A stretch of 64,000 bases of DNA from assembly GCF_001677475.2 (NCBI RefSeq), contig NZ_CP015229.1; one strand, given 5' to 3'. This stretch comes from Escherichia coli (lineage in GTDB: Bacteria > Pseudomonadota > Gammaproteobacteria > Enterobacterales > Enterobacteriaceae). Below are positions 25,511 through 32,953 of this stretch, piece after piece. The notes below the pieces were generated by a model. It was not told the origin of the DNA. It made no database searches and saw nothing but the letters and a program-made list of their open reading frames with translations. Each line of letters starts with the position of its first letter. The stretch's first letter is position 1. The position numbers and the translations under genes were made by a program.

Positions 25511-26266
25511 GTGAGCAATATCCATCACCTTGAACATAGCCTGCGTAAACTACGCCTGACACGAGTTGGAGCTGAATGGCACGCTCTGGAAAAACGAGCG
25601 CTGGCAGAAGGCTGGACACCATCGCGCTATCTTCTGACGCTATGCAATGAAGAACTCCTGTGGCGCGAGAGTGAAAAACTGCGTCGTTATAAAAAGGAGG
25701 CCCGGTTGCCAGTTGCCAAAACGCTGAGCGAATACGACTTCAGTCAGGTGCCGGAACTGAATGGAGCTCAGTTCCGGCAACTCTGTGAAACGACAGACTG
25801 GGTTGATGCAGGAGAAAACGTTCTGCTGTTCGGAGCCAGCGGGTTGGGGAAAAGCCATCTGGCGGCAGCGATCGTGGATGGCGTAGTAGGTCAGGGCTAC
25901 CGGGCCCGGTTCTACAGCGCAGGAGAGCTGTTGCAGGAACTACGTAAAGCCAGAGCTCAGTTGAAACTGAATGAGCTGCTACTGAAACTGGATCGCTACC
26001 GGGTGATAGTGGTGGATGATCTTGGCTATGTCAAACGCGATAGTGCCGAAACGGGTGTGCTGTTCGAGTTAATAGCGCATCGCTATGAACGTGGGAGCCT
26101 GGTGATAACCAGTAACCATCCGTTCAGCATGTGGGGCAGCATCTTCGTGGATGAGACTATGGCGGTGGCTGCGGCAGACAGGCTGATCCATCACGGATAT
26201 ATGTTCGAACTGAAAGGGGAAAGCTACAGGAAAAAGACAGCGAAGGCAGTAACAAGCGCGACTTGA
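25511..26266 (+). CDS. istB: IS21-family helper ATPase IstB
   Basis: 251-aa ORF with Walker A (GASGLGKSHLA) and Walker B (VIVVDDLGY) motifs; RBS gggagg upstream of GTG start. Confidence 0.85.
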   Translation: MSNIHHLEHSLRKLRLTRVGAEWHALEKRALAEGWTPSRYLLTLCNEELLWRESEKLRRYKKEARLPVAKTLSEYDFSQVPELNGAQFRQLCETTDWVDAGENVLLFGASGLGKSHLAAAIVDGVVGQGYRARFYSAGELLQELRKARAQLKLNELLLKLDRYRVIVVDDLGYVKRDSAETGVLFELIAHRYERGSLVITSNHPFSMWGSIFVDETMAVAAADRLIHHGYMFELKGESYRKKTAKAVTSAT

Positions 26267-26325
26267 TGTCGCCCTGAAGGGTGCGGCCAGTATAGTTGGC
26301 GCGAGTCGGCAAAACTAGTTGACGT

Positions 26326-26526
26326 CTAATATCGTAAGAGTTCATCATCATCAATCTCGCCTTTGTCGTTTGTAAGCTGGCTAATTGCATTGTTAACCCT
26401 ATTGTCTATCACGCTGGCAACATCATAAAACGCCTCACGGCCTTTACGTTCAACGGGAGTCACTCCCCACTTGTCGAATGCTGTAGCACTTACCCGGCAG
26501 CTTTGCGCCATGGTTTTTTTGTTCAT
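26326..26526 (-). pseudogene. Small terminase subunit (lambda Nu1-like), N-terminal fragment truncated at the IS boundary
   Basis: MNKKTMAQSCRVSATAFDKWGVTPVERKGREAFYDVASVIDN... parallels lambda Nu1 N-terminus (MEVNKKQLADIFGASIRTIQNWQEQGMPV...); ORF ends exactly at the IS junction. Confidence 0.7.
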
Positions 26527-26639
26527 CAGGTGCGATTTCATCAATATCCCAACTTGGTCAAGGTTTCAGGTTGGTGTGTTGGTGTTATCTTTCCCTTTTT
26601 ATTCATGGAGATAGAGCAAACAACAAAACCACCACCACC

Positions 26640-26745
26640 CCCCTGAAAAAGCTCATAAATAGCGAAAAACCGCGAGGTCGCCGCCCCGTAACGGGTCCAT
26701 ATGCCGGAAAGGACCCGTAAAAAAAGCCGGATTTCTCCGGCCTTG
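26640..26745 (-). other. Lambda-type cos site (cosN with flanking terminase-binding region)
   Basis: Minus strand reads ACGGGTCCTTTCCGG...CGTTACG-GGGCGGCGACCT-CGCGGTTTTTCGCTATTTATGA, nearly identical to the phage lambda cohesive-end region as I recall it (GGGCGGCGACCTCGCGGGTTTTCGCTATTTATGAAAA); lies ~150 nt upstream of the Nu1-like start. Confidence 0.75.
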
Positions 26746-26747
26746 TC

Positions 26748-27161
26748 TCAGATGGTTTTCAGTATGCGATCGATGTCGCCATCATCGCCCGGGTTTCTGC
26801 CAGCGTATGCCATACCAGCTGATACGGCTTTCGGGCTGTGCATGTCCATAAAGTTTTCAAAGGCTGCGGTAAGCTCTGGTGCAACCTTCTGGCGTTCCTG
26901 CTCTATGGTCATGCTAAGGATGCTTTTAGCCGTACCAACATCGATACAAGGCACGTTTGCCATTGCACGTAACAGCGGCTGATAGTCGCCAGATTCATCA
27001 AGCGCCATAATCGCATCAGAGCGCGGCTTGTCCTTCTCTTCCAGGCTGTTAAGTTGATATACGGCCTCGTAGGTTGATAAACCTCTGTCAGCCATTGCCC
27101 GCGCTTCGGCCTTAAATTTACTCGCCAGCGGTAGCGTCATGATGCTTTCATTCGTTGCCAT
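26748..27161 (-). CDS. Hypothetical protein (137 aa) between decoration-like gene and cos
   Basis: ORF with no motif I recognise; co-oriented with capsid genes. Confidence 0.55.
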   Translation of the reverse strand: MATNESIMTLPLASKFKAEARAMADRGLSTYEAVYQLNSLEEKDKPRSDAIMALDESGDYQPLLRAMANVPCIDVGTAKSILSMTIEQERQKVAPELTAAFENFMDMHSPKAVSAGMAYAGRNPGDDGDIDRILKTI

Positions 27162-27173
27162 CGTTCCCTCTGC

Positions 27174-27509
27174 TTATCGGGCCAGTGGCTGAACGGATAC
27201 GCCAGAACCCGCAAAGGCGGCGCATTTTTTCGCATCGGTGTCGACGCTCTCAGGCCAGTTAACGGCGGCGATATTAAATATCCCCGTCTTATAGCACTGT
27301 GCTGATTTCTGCGTCGACGTGTCAACGGGGTACGAGGTCAGATAAACAGCCTTGCCAGATTCCTGACCATCCCACGGCTTAAACTCGCCATTTTCCGCCA
27401 GCATCAGCGGGGTAAATTCCTGAATAACTCCAGCATCAGCGGCAAAATGTACCAGCGTCGTGGATACCTGCTGACTGCCTGCAAATAACTCAATGTATGG
27501 AGTGTTCAT
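27174..27509 (-). CDS. Head decoration protein (lambda gpD-like)
   Basis: 111-aa ORF, size and position next to an E-like capsid gene match lambda D (110 aa); assignment by context and size, weak sequence recall. Confidence 0.6.
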   Translation of the reverse strand: MNTPYIELFAGSQQVSTTLVHFAADAGVIQEFTPLMLAENGEFKPWDGQESGKAVYLTSYPVDTSTQKSAQCYKTGIFNIAAVNWPESVDTDAKKCAAFAGSGVSVQPLAR

Positions 27510-27520
27510 AGAATCCCCCG

Positions 27521-28576
27521 TTAAGCAATTTTGACGGTAACAAATTTGCGAATATCTGCCGGTACCGGCTGCGGTGCGCTGTGCGTCTGCACGTACTCAA
27601 TCGCCGGATCGCCATCCTCAATCCAGTTTTTCGGGTAGTACATGTTTTGCGTTGCGCCAGTTCTTACCGCTTCCGGATCCATAATCGCACCATAGGCCAC
27701 CAGCCCTTTATTGTTAGTGTTGCCCAGGACAAGCAAATCAGGCTCAAGGAAATATTTTTCGGTGCCATCGCTGTCGGTGTATTTGCCGGAATAGACGATA
27801 AGGGCCAGATCACCCAGATAGCCTTTAAAGCTCACCACTTCGCCCAGGTTTTTACAGGCCAGCTCTGCGGCGGATTCTGAACCACGGGAAAGATCGTACA
27901 GTTCACGGAATTTTTTAAAGCTGCGTAACGTGCGCCATACCTCAGCGCCCATAATCATGACGTTGGCGGGGCAACCAGCCTGATCGGTGTATAGTTCGAT
28001 GTCATAGATTGGATCGTGTGTTTCCTTATCTGCCTCAGACCACTTTTTGCCCGATCCCTGCGTAATGATGTTTTTAGTCGGGATTTTCCAGTCGATTTCG
28101 TATCTATTTATTCCTTCGCCCTCAATGATGTTTTTTCCGGTCGTGACCGCATTCACCGCCAGCCATTCTATGCGAGCTTTAATAGCGTTTACCTGGCGGC
28201 GCATGTTGCCAGTAATCAGGCGCATACGGCGATAAGTTGGATCGTTAAGCTGTGCCGGATCTTCTCCAGCCATGCGCATGATGGTTTTTGATGGATCGAT
28301 TTCGTGTTTTGGTTTCATATAGCCAGGGCGGATAGTGCTTGTTTCGTACCCTTTATCGCGCTGAACCTGACTCCCCACCATAGGCGAACAAAAAGCCGAC
28401 ATGGTGACTTCTTCAATATCCAGGGTATCTAACATGATGTCCTGCGTGTTGAAGGTTGCCACGTTCGGGAAAAACAGCGACGTAAACAGCGGACTGAATT
28501 TAAATTCCGAAATATCCCCACGATTCAGGTACGCGAAAAGCTGGTTAGTGTTAAGTGCCGTTGCTTTGCCTGTCAT
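27521..28576 (-). CDS. Major capsid protein (lambda gpE-like)
   Basis: 351-aa ORF aligning along its length with lambda E from memory: FKFSPLFTSLFF / FKFDPLFLRLFF, PGYMKPKHEIDP / PGYVKPKHEVNP, YSGKY...LVLGNTNN...YPKNW / YSGQY...MVLGNTQA...YPKNW. Confidence 0.8.
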   Translation of the reverse strand: MTGKATALNTNQLFAYLNRGDISEFKFSPLFTSLFFPNVATFNTQDIMLDTLDIEEVTMSAFCSPMVGSQVQRDKGYETSTIRPGYMKPKHEIDPSKTIMRMAGEDPAQLNDPTYRRMRLITGNMRRQVNAIKARIEWLAVNAVTTGKNIIEGEGINRYEIDWKIPTKNIITQGSGKKWSEADKETHDPIYDIELYTDQAGCPANVMIMGAEVWRTLRSFKKFRELYDLSRGSESAAELACKNLGEVVSFKGYLGDLALIVYSGKYTDSDGTEKYFLEPDLLVLGNTNNKGLVAYGAIMDPEAVRTGATQNMYYPKNWIEDGDPAIEYVQTHSAPQPVPADIRKFVTVKIA

Positions 28577-28815
28577 TATTCACCCCCATGAGTCTGATTC
28601 ATGCCCAGCGCCGCGCGTAAATAGGCGCGTACCTGCCAGCCTGTTGACGGCTCAACCATCGCCAGCGGCTCAAGTCCTGCCGCAATGCCTGCTTTTACGT
28701 TCTGCTGGTGGCGTTCCTTGAGCGCCTCCACGATGTCTGGGCTTATGTAAACTGTCACCCCGCCTTTTTTCTCTTCTGCCATAGTCGGAAATTCCTCTTT
28801 GACGTTAAAAATCAC
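28576..28815 (-). CDS. Hypothetical small protein translationally coupled to the capsid gene
   Basis: 79-aa ORF (possibly starting at internal MAEEKK); stop shares one base with the capsid ATG. Confidence 0.5.
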   Translation of the reverse strand: MIFNVKEEFPTMAEEKKGGVTVYISPDIVEALKERHQQNVKAGIAAGLEPLAMVEPSTGWQVRAYLRAALGMNQTHGGE

Positions 28816-28846
28816 AACTGGATGTTCATCCAGTTGTGATTATAAT
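28811..28846. promoter_or_regulatory. Perfect 14-bp inverted repeat plus TATAAT box upstream of the capsid operon
   Basis: atcacaactggatg-tt-catccagttgtgat immediately followed by tataat; read directly. Confidence 0.45.
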
Positions 28847-28951
28847 CATGATTTCATTTTACGCAATAATGTTGAGTTGTGTTGCAAATTGTGAAATGAT
28901 TTCCGGCAACAGTAGTCACCATACTGTTAGATAAAAGCCTCATATGCAAAA

Positions 28952-29028
28952 GCCCGATAAGACCCTCTGACCTTATCGGGCTTTTTTTGGGGCATAAAAA
29001 AGCCGGACTTCTCCGGCTTCTGTTACTC
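28952..29028. terminator. Pair of intrinsic terminator hairpins between the SSB gene and the capsid operon
   Basis: gcccgataag...cttatcgggc followed by T-run; and gccggacttctccggc flanked by A-run / T-run (functional on minus strand). Confidence 0.55.
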
Positions 29029-29033
29029 GTTGC

Positions 29034-29456
29034 TTAAAACGGTATGTTATCCCCGTACGGATCATCGTTACCCGCCTGTTGTTTTGCCCTGTTCAGTGCG
29101 TCAGTAGCCTGCCCTTGCTGGCCTTTTTTGCCGCCCGGTCGCGCCGTTCTCGCACTGATTACGCTGTCTGCGATAACCTGCCAGCCCTGCCGCGTTTCGC
29201 CGTTCTGGCCTGTCCACTGGCTTACCTGCATGTTACCCGCCACGCTCACCAGTTCGCCTTTGTGGTGTTTTGCCAGTGCGTCGGCCTGTCTGCCAAACGC
29301 CAGGACGGATAACCACATCGTCGCCGTTCCGTCATCTGCCTGGCTGCACGGAAGGGGGACCGCCATACTAGCCATCGTCATTTGTGTACCCTTGCTGGTG
29401 GTCTTTAACTGCGGGTCAGCCACCAGCCGCCCGTAAGCCGCTATCTGTGCTGTCAT
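29034..29456 (-). CDS. Single-stranded DNA-binding protein (island-encoded SSB)
   Basis: 140-aa ORF; Gly/Gln-rich linker and acidic C-terminal tip ...DDPYGDNIPF resembling the SSB C-terminal DDDIPF motif. Confidence 0.75.
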   Translation of the reverse strand: MTAQIAAYGRLVADPQLKTTSKGTQMTMASMAVPLPCSQADDGTATMWLSVLAFGRQADALAKHHKGELVSVAGNMQVSQWTGQNGETRQGWQVIADSVISARTARPGGKKGQQGQATDALNRAKQQAGNDDPYGDNIPF

Positions 29457-29698
29457 GCTGTCTGCTCTCCGGTTTTAACGTTGATGGTTGTCACCTGTTC
29501 CGCTTCGGCAATCTCCCGTTCTGTCAGCGTGGCAAAGTTTGCAGCTGCCGTTGTCATGAATGCGCTAATCAGTTCGGGATGTGCTTTCGCATATCCTTCC
29601 CCGGCGTTGCGGTCGATGATTTTTATCGACACCCTTAACCAGTGTTCCGTCAAATCAAGGGCGTGCGATTGTGATTTTTTTGTGTGCTTCGCTGTCAT
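29453..29698 (-). CDS. Hypothetical protein (81 aa), coupled to ssb by ATGA overlap
   Basis: ORF directly downstream of the iteron array; no recognised domain. Confidence 0.5.
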   Translation of the reverse strand: MTAKHTKKSQSHALDLTEHWLRVSIKIIDRNAGEGYAKAHPELISAFMTTAAANFATLTEREIAEAEQVTTINVKTGEQTA

Positions 29699-29742
29699 AG
29701 GCTTTATCTCACAGCAGTAAATTAAAATTTTTGCGTTTTAAC

Positions 29743-29971
29743 CCTTCACCTGTTCACCTTTTGATATTTTCCATTTAAATTCATACTGTTAAGGGGTGAA
29801 CAGTTTCACAAAAACTATTCACCAACTGTTCACCACTGTTCACCCTTGAAGCTCAATAAACAACCAAAAAGGTGAACAGTGAATAGTTTGGTGAATAGTT
29901 CATAAATAACTGTTCACCCTATAATATACTGATATAAAAGATATTTATGACAGGGTGAACAGTGGTGAACA
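29743..29971. repeat. Iteron array (P4 ori/crr-type TGTTCACC octamers)
   Basis: Perfect TGTTCACC at 29751, 29827, 29837, 29911 and its complement GGTGAACA at 29795, 29871, 29954, 29964, plus degenerate copies (tattcacc, ggtgaata), within ~230 bp immediately 3' of the primase gene. Confidence 0.8.
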
Positions 29972-29985
29972 GTTATTCCATAAGT

Positions 29986-31803
29986 TTAATTTTTGCTATC
30001 GTCATTAGTGACTGATACACATGATGGCATCCAGTCTTCTGATTCCTCCGTCAGTGTCACGTTTGAACGTAAACCGTGCTTCGTTTTCCGTTTTATATAC
30101 TCCCTGCCATATTCCGCCATTGCCCCAGGCATATCTTTACCGAAGCGCGTCAGTGTTACAGGTTTACCAAACCCATGAGCCCTCATATAAGCCAGATAGG
30201 CATGATAGAGATACCTGCGCGGGCTGAATGGCACAATTTCAGCATTACCCACTAACAGGCCATCACACATTACCGACGCCATGAGATAGCCGCAGAAGTC
30301 CACCAGCGAATCCCCCTCTCGCTTTATCGCCAGTGCTTCTTCAGATTTCTGCTGCTCATATAACAGGCGTCTGGCTTCGTCCTGGTCAGCAAACCTTGTA
30401 AGCAGATGGCGAATCACTACCGCCAGCTCACCTTCTATTTTTTCCGCCAGCATCGGATCGCGTTCGTTCTCCGGTACAACTTCCGAAAAATTGAATATCA
30501 CCCGACGACGTGAGATCCCCCCGCTGCGGTCACTGAATGACATGGCGTTATTGTTAACCGCCAGCACTACTGCCGGAATACGCGTTGAGTAGGGGGCTTT
30601 GTGTTTCGGGTCAATTGCCACCTTGTCACCGCCTGTAATGGCCTTAATTCCTGCCCCATCACCAGCGTAGCGGGTCATATCCGGCATGATAATCAGCGAA
30701 AAGCCAACCACTAACGCGCGTTCCCTTGCATCTTCCAGCGCCTTCATGCTTGCCGATACTGTGTTGGCCTTACCCGCCAGCATGGTGCAAATCTCCGCCA
30801 TCACGCTTTTACCACTTCCCCCTGGACCTGTTACCTCAATGAATAACTGCCAGTCGTACCGGTTCGCCAGCACCATGAATAATGCAGCCAGTACGCGATC
30901 CGCCTTGCGGTCATTCTCAGCCACCGAACGGCGTAACCACTTCCAGAAATTCGGCGCATGTGTTGCCAGCGTTTCCCCCTCTGCTGGTGGGCTGAAAGGT
31001 AATTCACTGGCAATTAACAACCAGTCGTTTTTGTTATGCTCCCGAAAATTACCTGTTCTGGTATCAAATACCCCGTTACTGAATCCAATCAGGTTACGGG
31101 CTGTATTCCCCATTACAGGCAAACTTAACTTCATGGTATCGACCGCCGATTTAATGGCGTTCTGCGAATAGCTGATCTCCGCATCAATGAAAATCTGCGC
31201 CATAGCACGCTGTAACTCTTTATCCTGAACCGGCTCCCATACAACGCCGTTGTAATGGTGAACAGTGTCAGAGTCAGCATGAATCGCCAGTTCACCGCCA
31301 TAATGTGCCAGGAGAACTTCGCCGCGTTGACTTGCTCCCATCTGGTTAAGCGCCAGTGATGAAGCGTTATCGTCTTTTACCCGCTCTTTTTTCTTTACAG
31401 GCAGTTCAACTACCTTTTTCTTTTCCGCCAGCTCTGCCCGTTCACGTTCCAGATATTCGCGCCAGTTCTCCCGTTTCTGGCTGTGCATTCCTTCAGGATA
31501 ATAATCAGCATCCCTGACACCTGCCGCTGCCAGTTTCTGCCCGATGGTATTAACAAGCCCCGGACGCAATAACCCCGCCTGGTAGAGACGCACACGATAG
31601 CGTCCGTCCGGTACGATTTGCAGGTTGTCCAGTTCGGCAAGTTGTTGCTCTCCAAGCCAGACAGGAGGCACGTTATCGCCAGCCAGTCGCCCGTCCTGTT
31701 CCTGCCACTGCTTCGCATGTGCCCACGCATCACTACCCGCAAAAATGATGACTTCCGTCATTTTGTCACGTGGCTGGTGTTTTAAATTTGGCGCTTTTTT
31801 CAT
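29986..31803 (-). CDS. Satellite replication protein (P4 alpha-like primase-helicase, D5-type NTPase)
   Basis: 605-aa ORF (likely start MKKAP with ATGA overlap to upstream gene); Walker A GPGGSGKS; adjacent to TGTTCACC iterons. Confidence 0.75.
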   Translation of the reverse strand: MKKAPNLKHQPRDKMTEVIIFAGSDAWAHAKQWQEQDGRLAGDNVPPVWLGEQQLAELDNLQIVPDGRYRVRLYQAGLLRPGLVNTIGQKLAAAGVRDADYYPEGMHSQKRENWREYLERERAELAEKKKVVELPVKKKERVKDDNASSLALNQMGASQRGEVLLAHYGGELAIHADSDTVHHYNGVVWEPVQDKELQRAMAQIFIDAEISYSQNAIKSAVDTMKLSLPVMGNTARNLIGFSNGVFDTRTGNFREHNKNDWLLIASELPFSPPAEGETLATHAPNFWKWLRRSVAENDRKADRVLAALFMVLANRYDWQLFIEVTGPGGSGKSVMAEICTMLAGKANTVSASMKALEDARERALVVGFSLIIMPDMTRYAGDGAGIKAITGGDKVAIDPKHKAPYSTRIPAVVLAVNNNAMSFSDRSGGISRRRVIFNFSEVVPENERDPMLAEKIEGELAVVIRHLLTRFADQDEARRLLYEQQKSEEALAIKREGDSLVDFCGYLMASVMCDGLLVGNAEIVPFSPRRYLYHAYLAYMRAHGFGKPVTLTRFGKDMPGAMAEYGREYIKRKTKHGLRSNVTLTEESEDWMPSCVSVTNDDSKN

Positions 31804-32099
31804 TTCTGCTCTCTCCACGCGGCAATCATGTTTTTCAGTTCCTGTAGTTTTTTATCAACATCCATACATGACACATGGTTATTTCTGGAAGGCGGGATTT
31901 CCCGCCGGAATCTGCAAATAAAGATCTCCACGTTCAGCGAGCTATGAAATGAATAGCCATCACGAATAAAATACACACGGTCAAACATTATCGATTTTAC
32001 TGTTACTCTGTTGCCGTTCTTATCCCGATAAATAGCGCCGGGGATAATTTTGGGATGTGCATAACCGCTGGCAGTCAAGCCAGATAAATACGTTCTCAT
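31800..32099 (-). CDS. Hypothetical protein (99 aa)
   Basis: ORF translationally coupled to the primase gene; no recognised domain. Confidence 0.5.
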   Translation of the reverse strand: MRTYLSGLTASGYAHPKIIPGAIYRDKNGNRVTVKSIMFDRVYFIRDGYSFHSSLNVEIFICRFRREIPPSRNNHVSCMDVDKKLQELKNMIAAWREQK

Positions 32100-32105
32100 G
32101 ATTAT

Positions 32106-32426
32106 TTATCCCCGATTTGAATCAGTATTCGCTTTCTTTATGGCATTTAATGCATCTGTGGCATTTTCAATGGTGCACCGTAACGAAATATCAAAATGTC
32201 CAAGCATTGCCAGTAACAAACCGATATTACCCATATCAATGCGCATGGCCTTTTCGTCATAGTCCTCATTTTCTGACGCATGCCACATCAGGCTACCAAT
32301 TGACGCAACGGCCATTGATATATTGTCAGTCGCCCCATCCGCAGCGGAATAAACCTTTTTAGCAATATCATGCTCACAGTTAAAATGCGGATTAATCAGG
32401 TACTGGTAATTTGACATATCAGGCAT
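32106..32426 (-). CDS. Hypothetical protein (106 aa)
   Basis: ORF upstream of the 99-aa gene; lower GC than flanking island DNA. Confidence 0.5.
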   Translation of the reverse strand: MPDMSNYQYLINPHFNCEHDIAKKVYSAADGATDNISMAVASIGSLMWHASENEDYDEKAMRIDMGNIGLLLAMLGHFDISLRCTIENATDALNAIKKANTDSNRG

Positions 32427-32622
32427 GGCACACCCCCTGACGAATACGGGCGGCGAATACCATCACGCAGCCAGCCGGGGAGTGCTGGCGTGCTTCCTGT
32501 TCGCTGGTGGCCACGATGGTAATCACACGCGGTTTTGCGGCGCTCAGGGCGATAAAACGCCAGGCGAATTTATTCAGGTTGTGCGAATCCCGCCCTTGCG
32601 GGTGTATGGTATGATTTCTCAT
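32419..32622 (-). CDS. Small protein, possibly Icd-like (host cell-division inhibitor family of P4-like elements)
   Basis: 67-aa ORF MRNHTIHPQGRDSHNLNKFAWRFIALSAAKPRVITIVATSEQEARQHSPAGCVMVFAARIRQGVCHA; the family assignment is from memory of similar annotations and is tentative. The 334-aa ORF in the track is an upstream stop-free extension that looks non-coding. Confidence 0.45.
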   Translation of the reverse strand: MRNHTIHPQGRDSHNLNKFAWRFIALSAAKPRVITIVATSEQEARQHSPAGCVMVFAARIRQGVCHA

Positions 32623-32717
32623 AGCTACCTCGATACTCTCGTTATCGTTGGTGGTTAGAAGCCCTGCGAGTGGTAACGACACTTGCGGGGCTTTGTTTTT
32701 TGTTGCACTTACTGTTA

Positions 32718-32763
32718 ATGTACGTACGTAATATTGATGATAATAGGAGTTACGTACGTACAT
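32718..32763. promoter_or_regulatory. Twin palindromic operator (two copies of TACGTACGTA, 30 bp apart) in a divergent promoter region
   Basis: atgtacgtacgtaat at 32718-32732 and gttacgtacgtacat at 32749-32763; second copy overlaps the start codon of the RHH-like gene. Confidence 0.55.
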
Positions 32764-32953
32764 GTCAACATTAAAGCGGGATAAATCACCACGCGGCGAG
32801 GGATGGTCGCCGACATTCCAGATACGAATTAGCAAAGAACTACGCCAGCAAGTAAACGAGGCAGCAACCGCCGATGGCCTAACCCTCGGCAATTGGTTTA
32901 AAGAATTAGCTCGTGCCGAACTAAAGCGACGCGGCATTGAACCTAAAGGCTGA
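32762..32953 (+). CDS. Small DNA-binding protein, probable ribbon-helix-helix fold
   Basis: 63-aa ORF; TFQIRISKELRQQVNEAA... resembles a beta-strand plus helix RHH pattern; two short basic ORFs follow at 32957-33082 and 33138-33317. Confidence 0.5.
   Translation: MSTLKRDKSPRGEGWSPTFQIRISKELRQQVNEAATADGLTLGNWFKELARAELKRRGIEPKG

Larger units (their letters stand above)
23965..26333 (+). mobile_element. IS21-family insertion sequence (istA-istB)
   Basis: Two-gene istA/istB unit; imperfect terminal inverted repeats (tgtcagtaatctgatcctgactcg vs reverse complement cgtcaactagttttgccgactcg); possible 4-bp target duplication GTAA at 23970-23973 and 26334-26337. Ends uncertain by ~10 bp. Confidence 0.75.

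Noticed and set aside
29743-29971. Short direct and inverted repeats that could be mistaken for a CRISPR array
   Set aside because: Repeat unit is only 8 bp, occurs in both orientations with irregular spacing and no spacer-like unique segments; pattern matches replication iterons instead.
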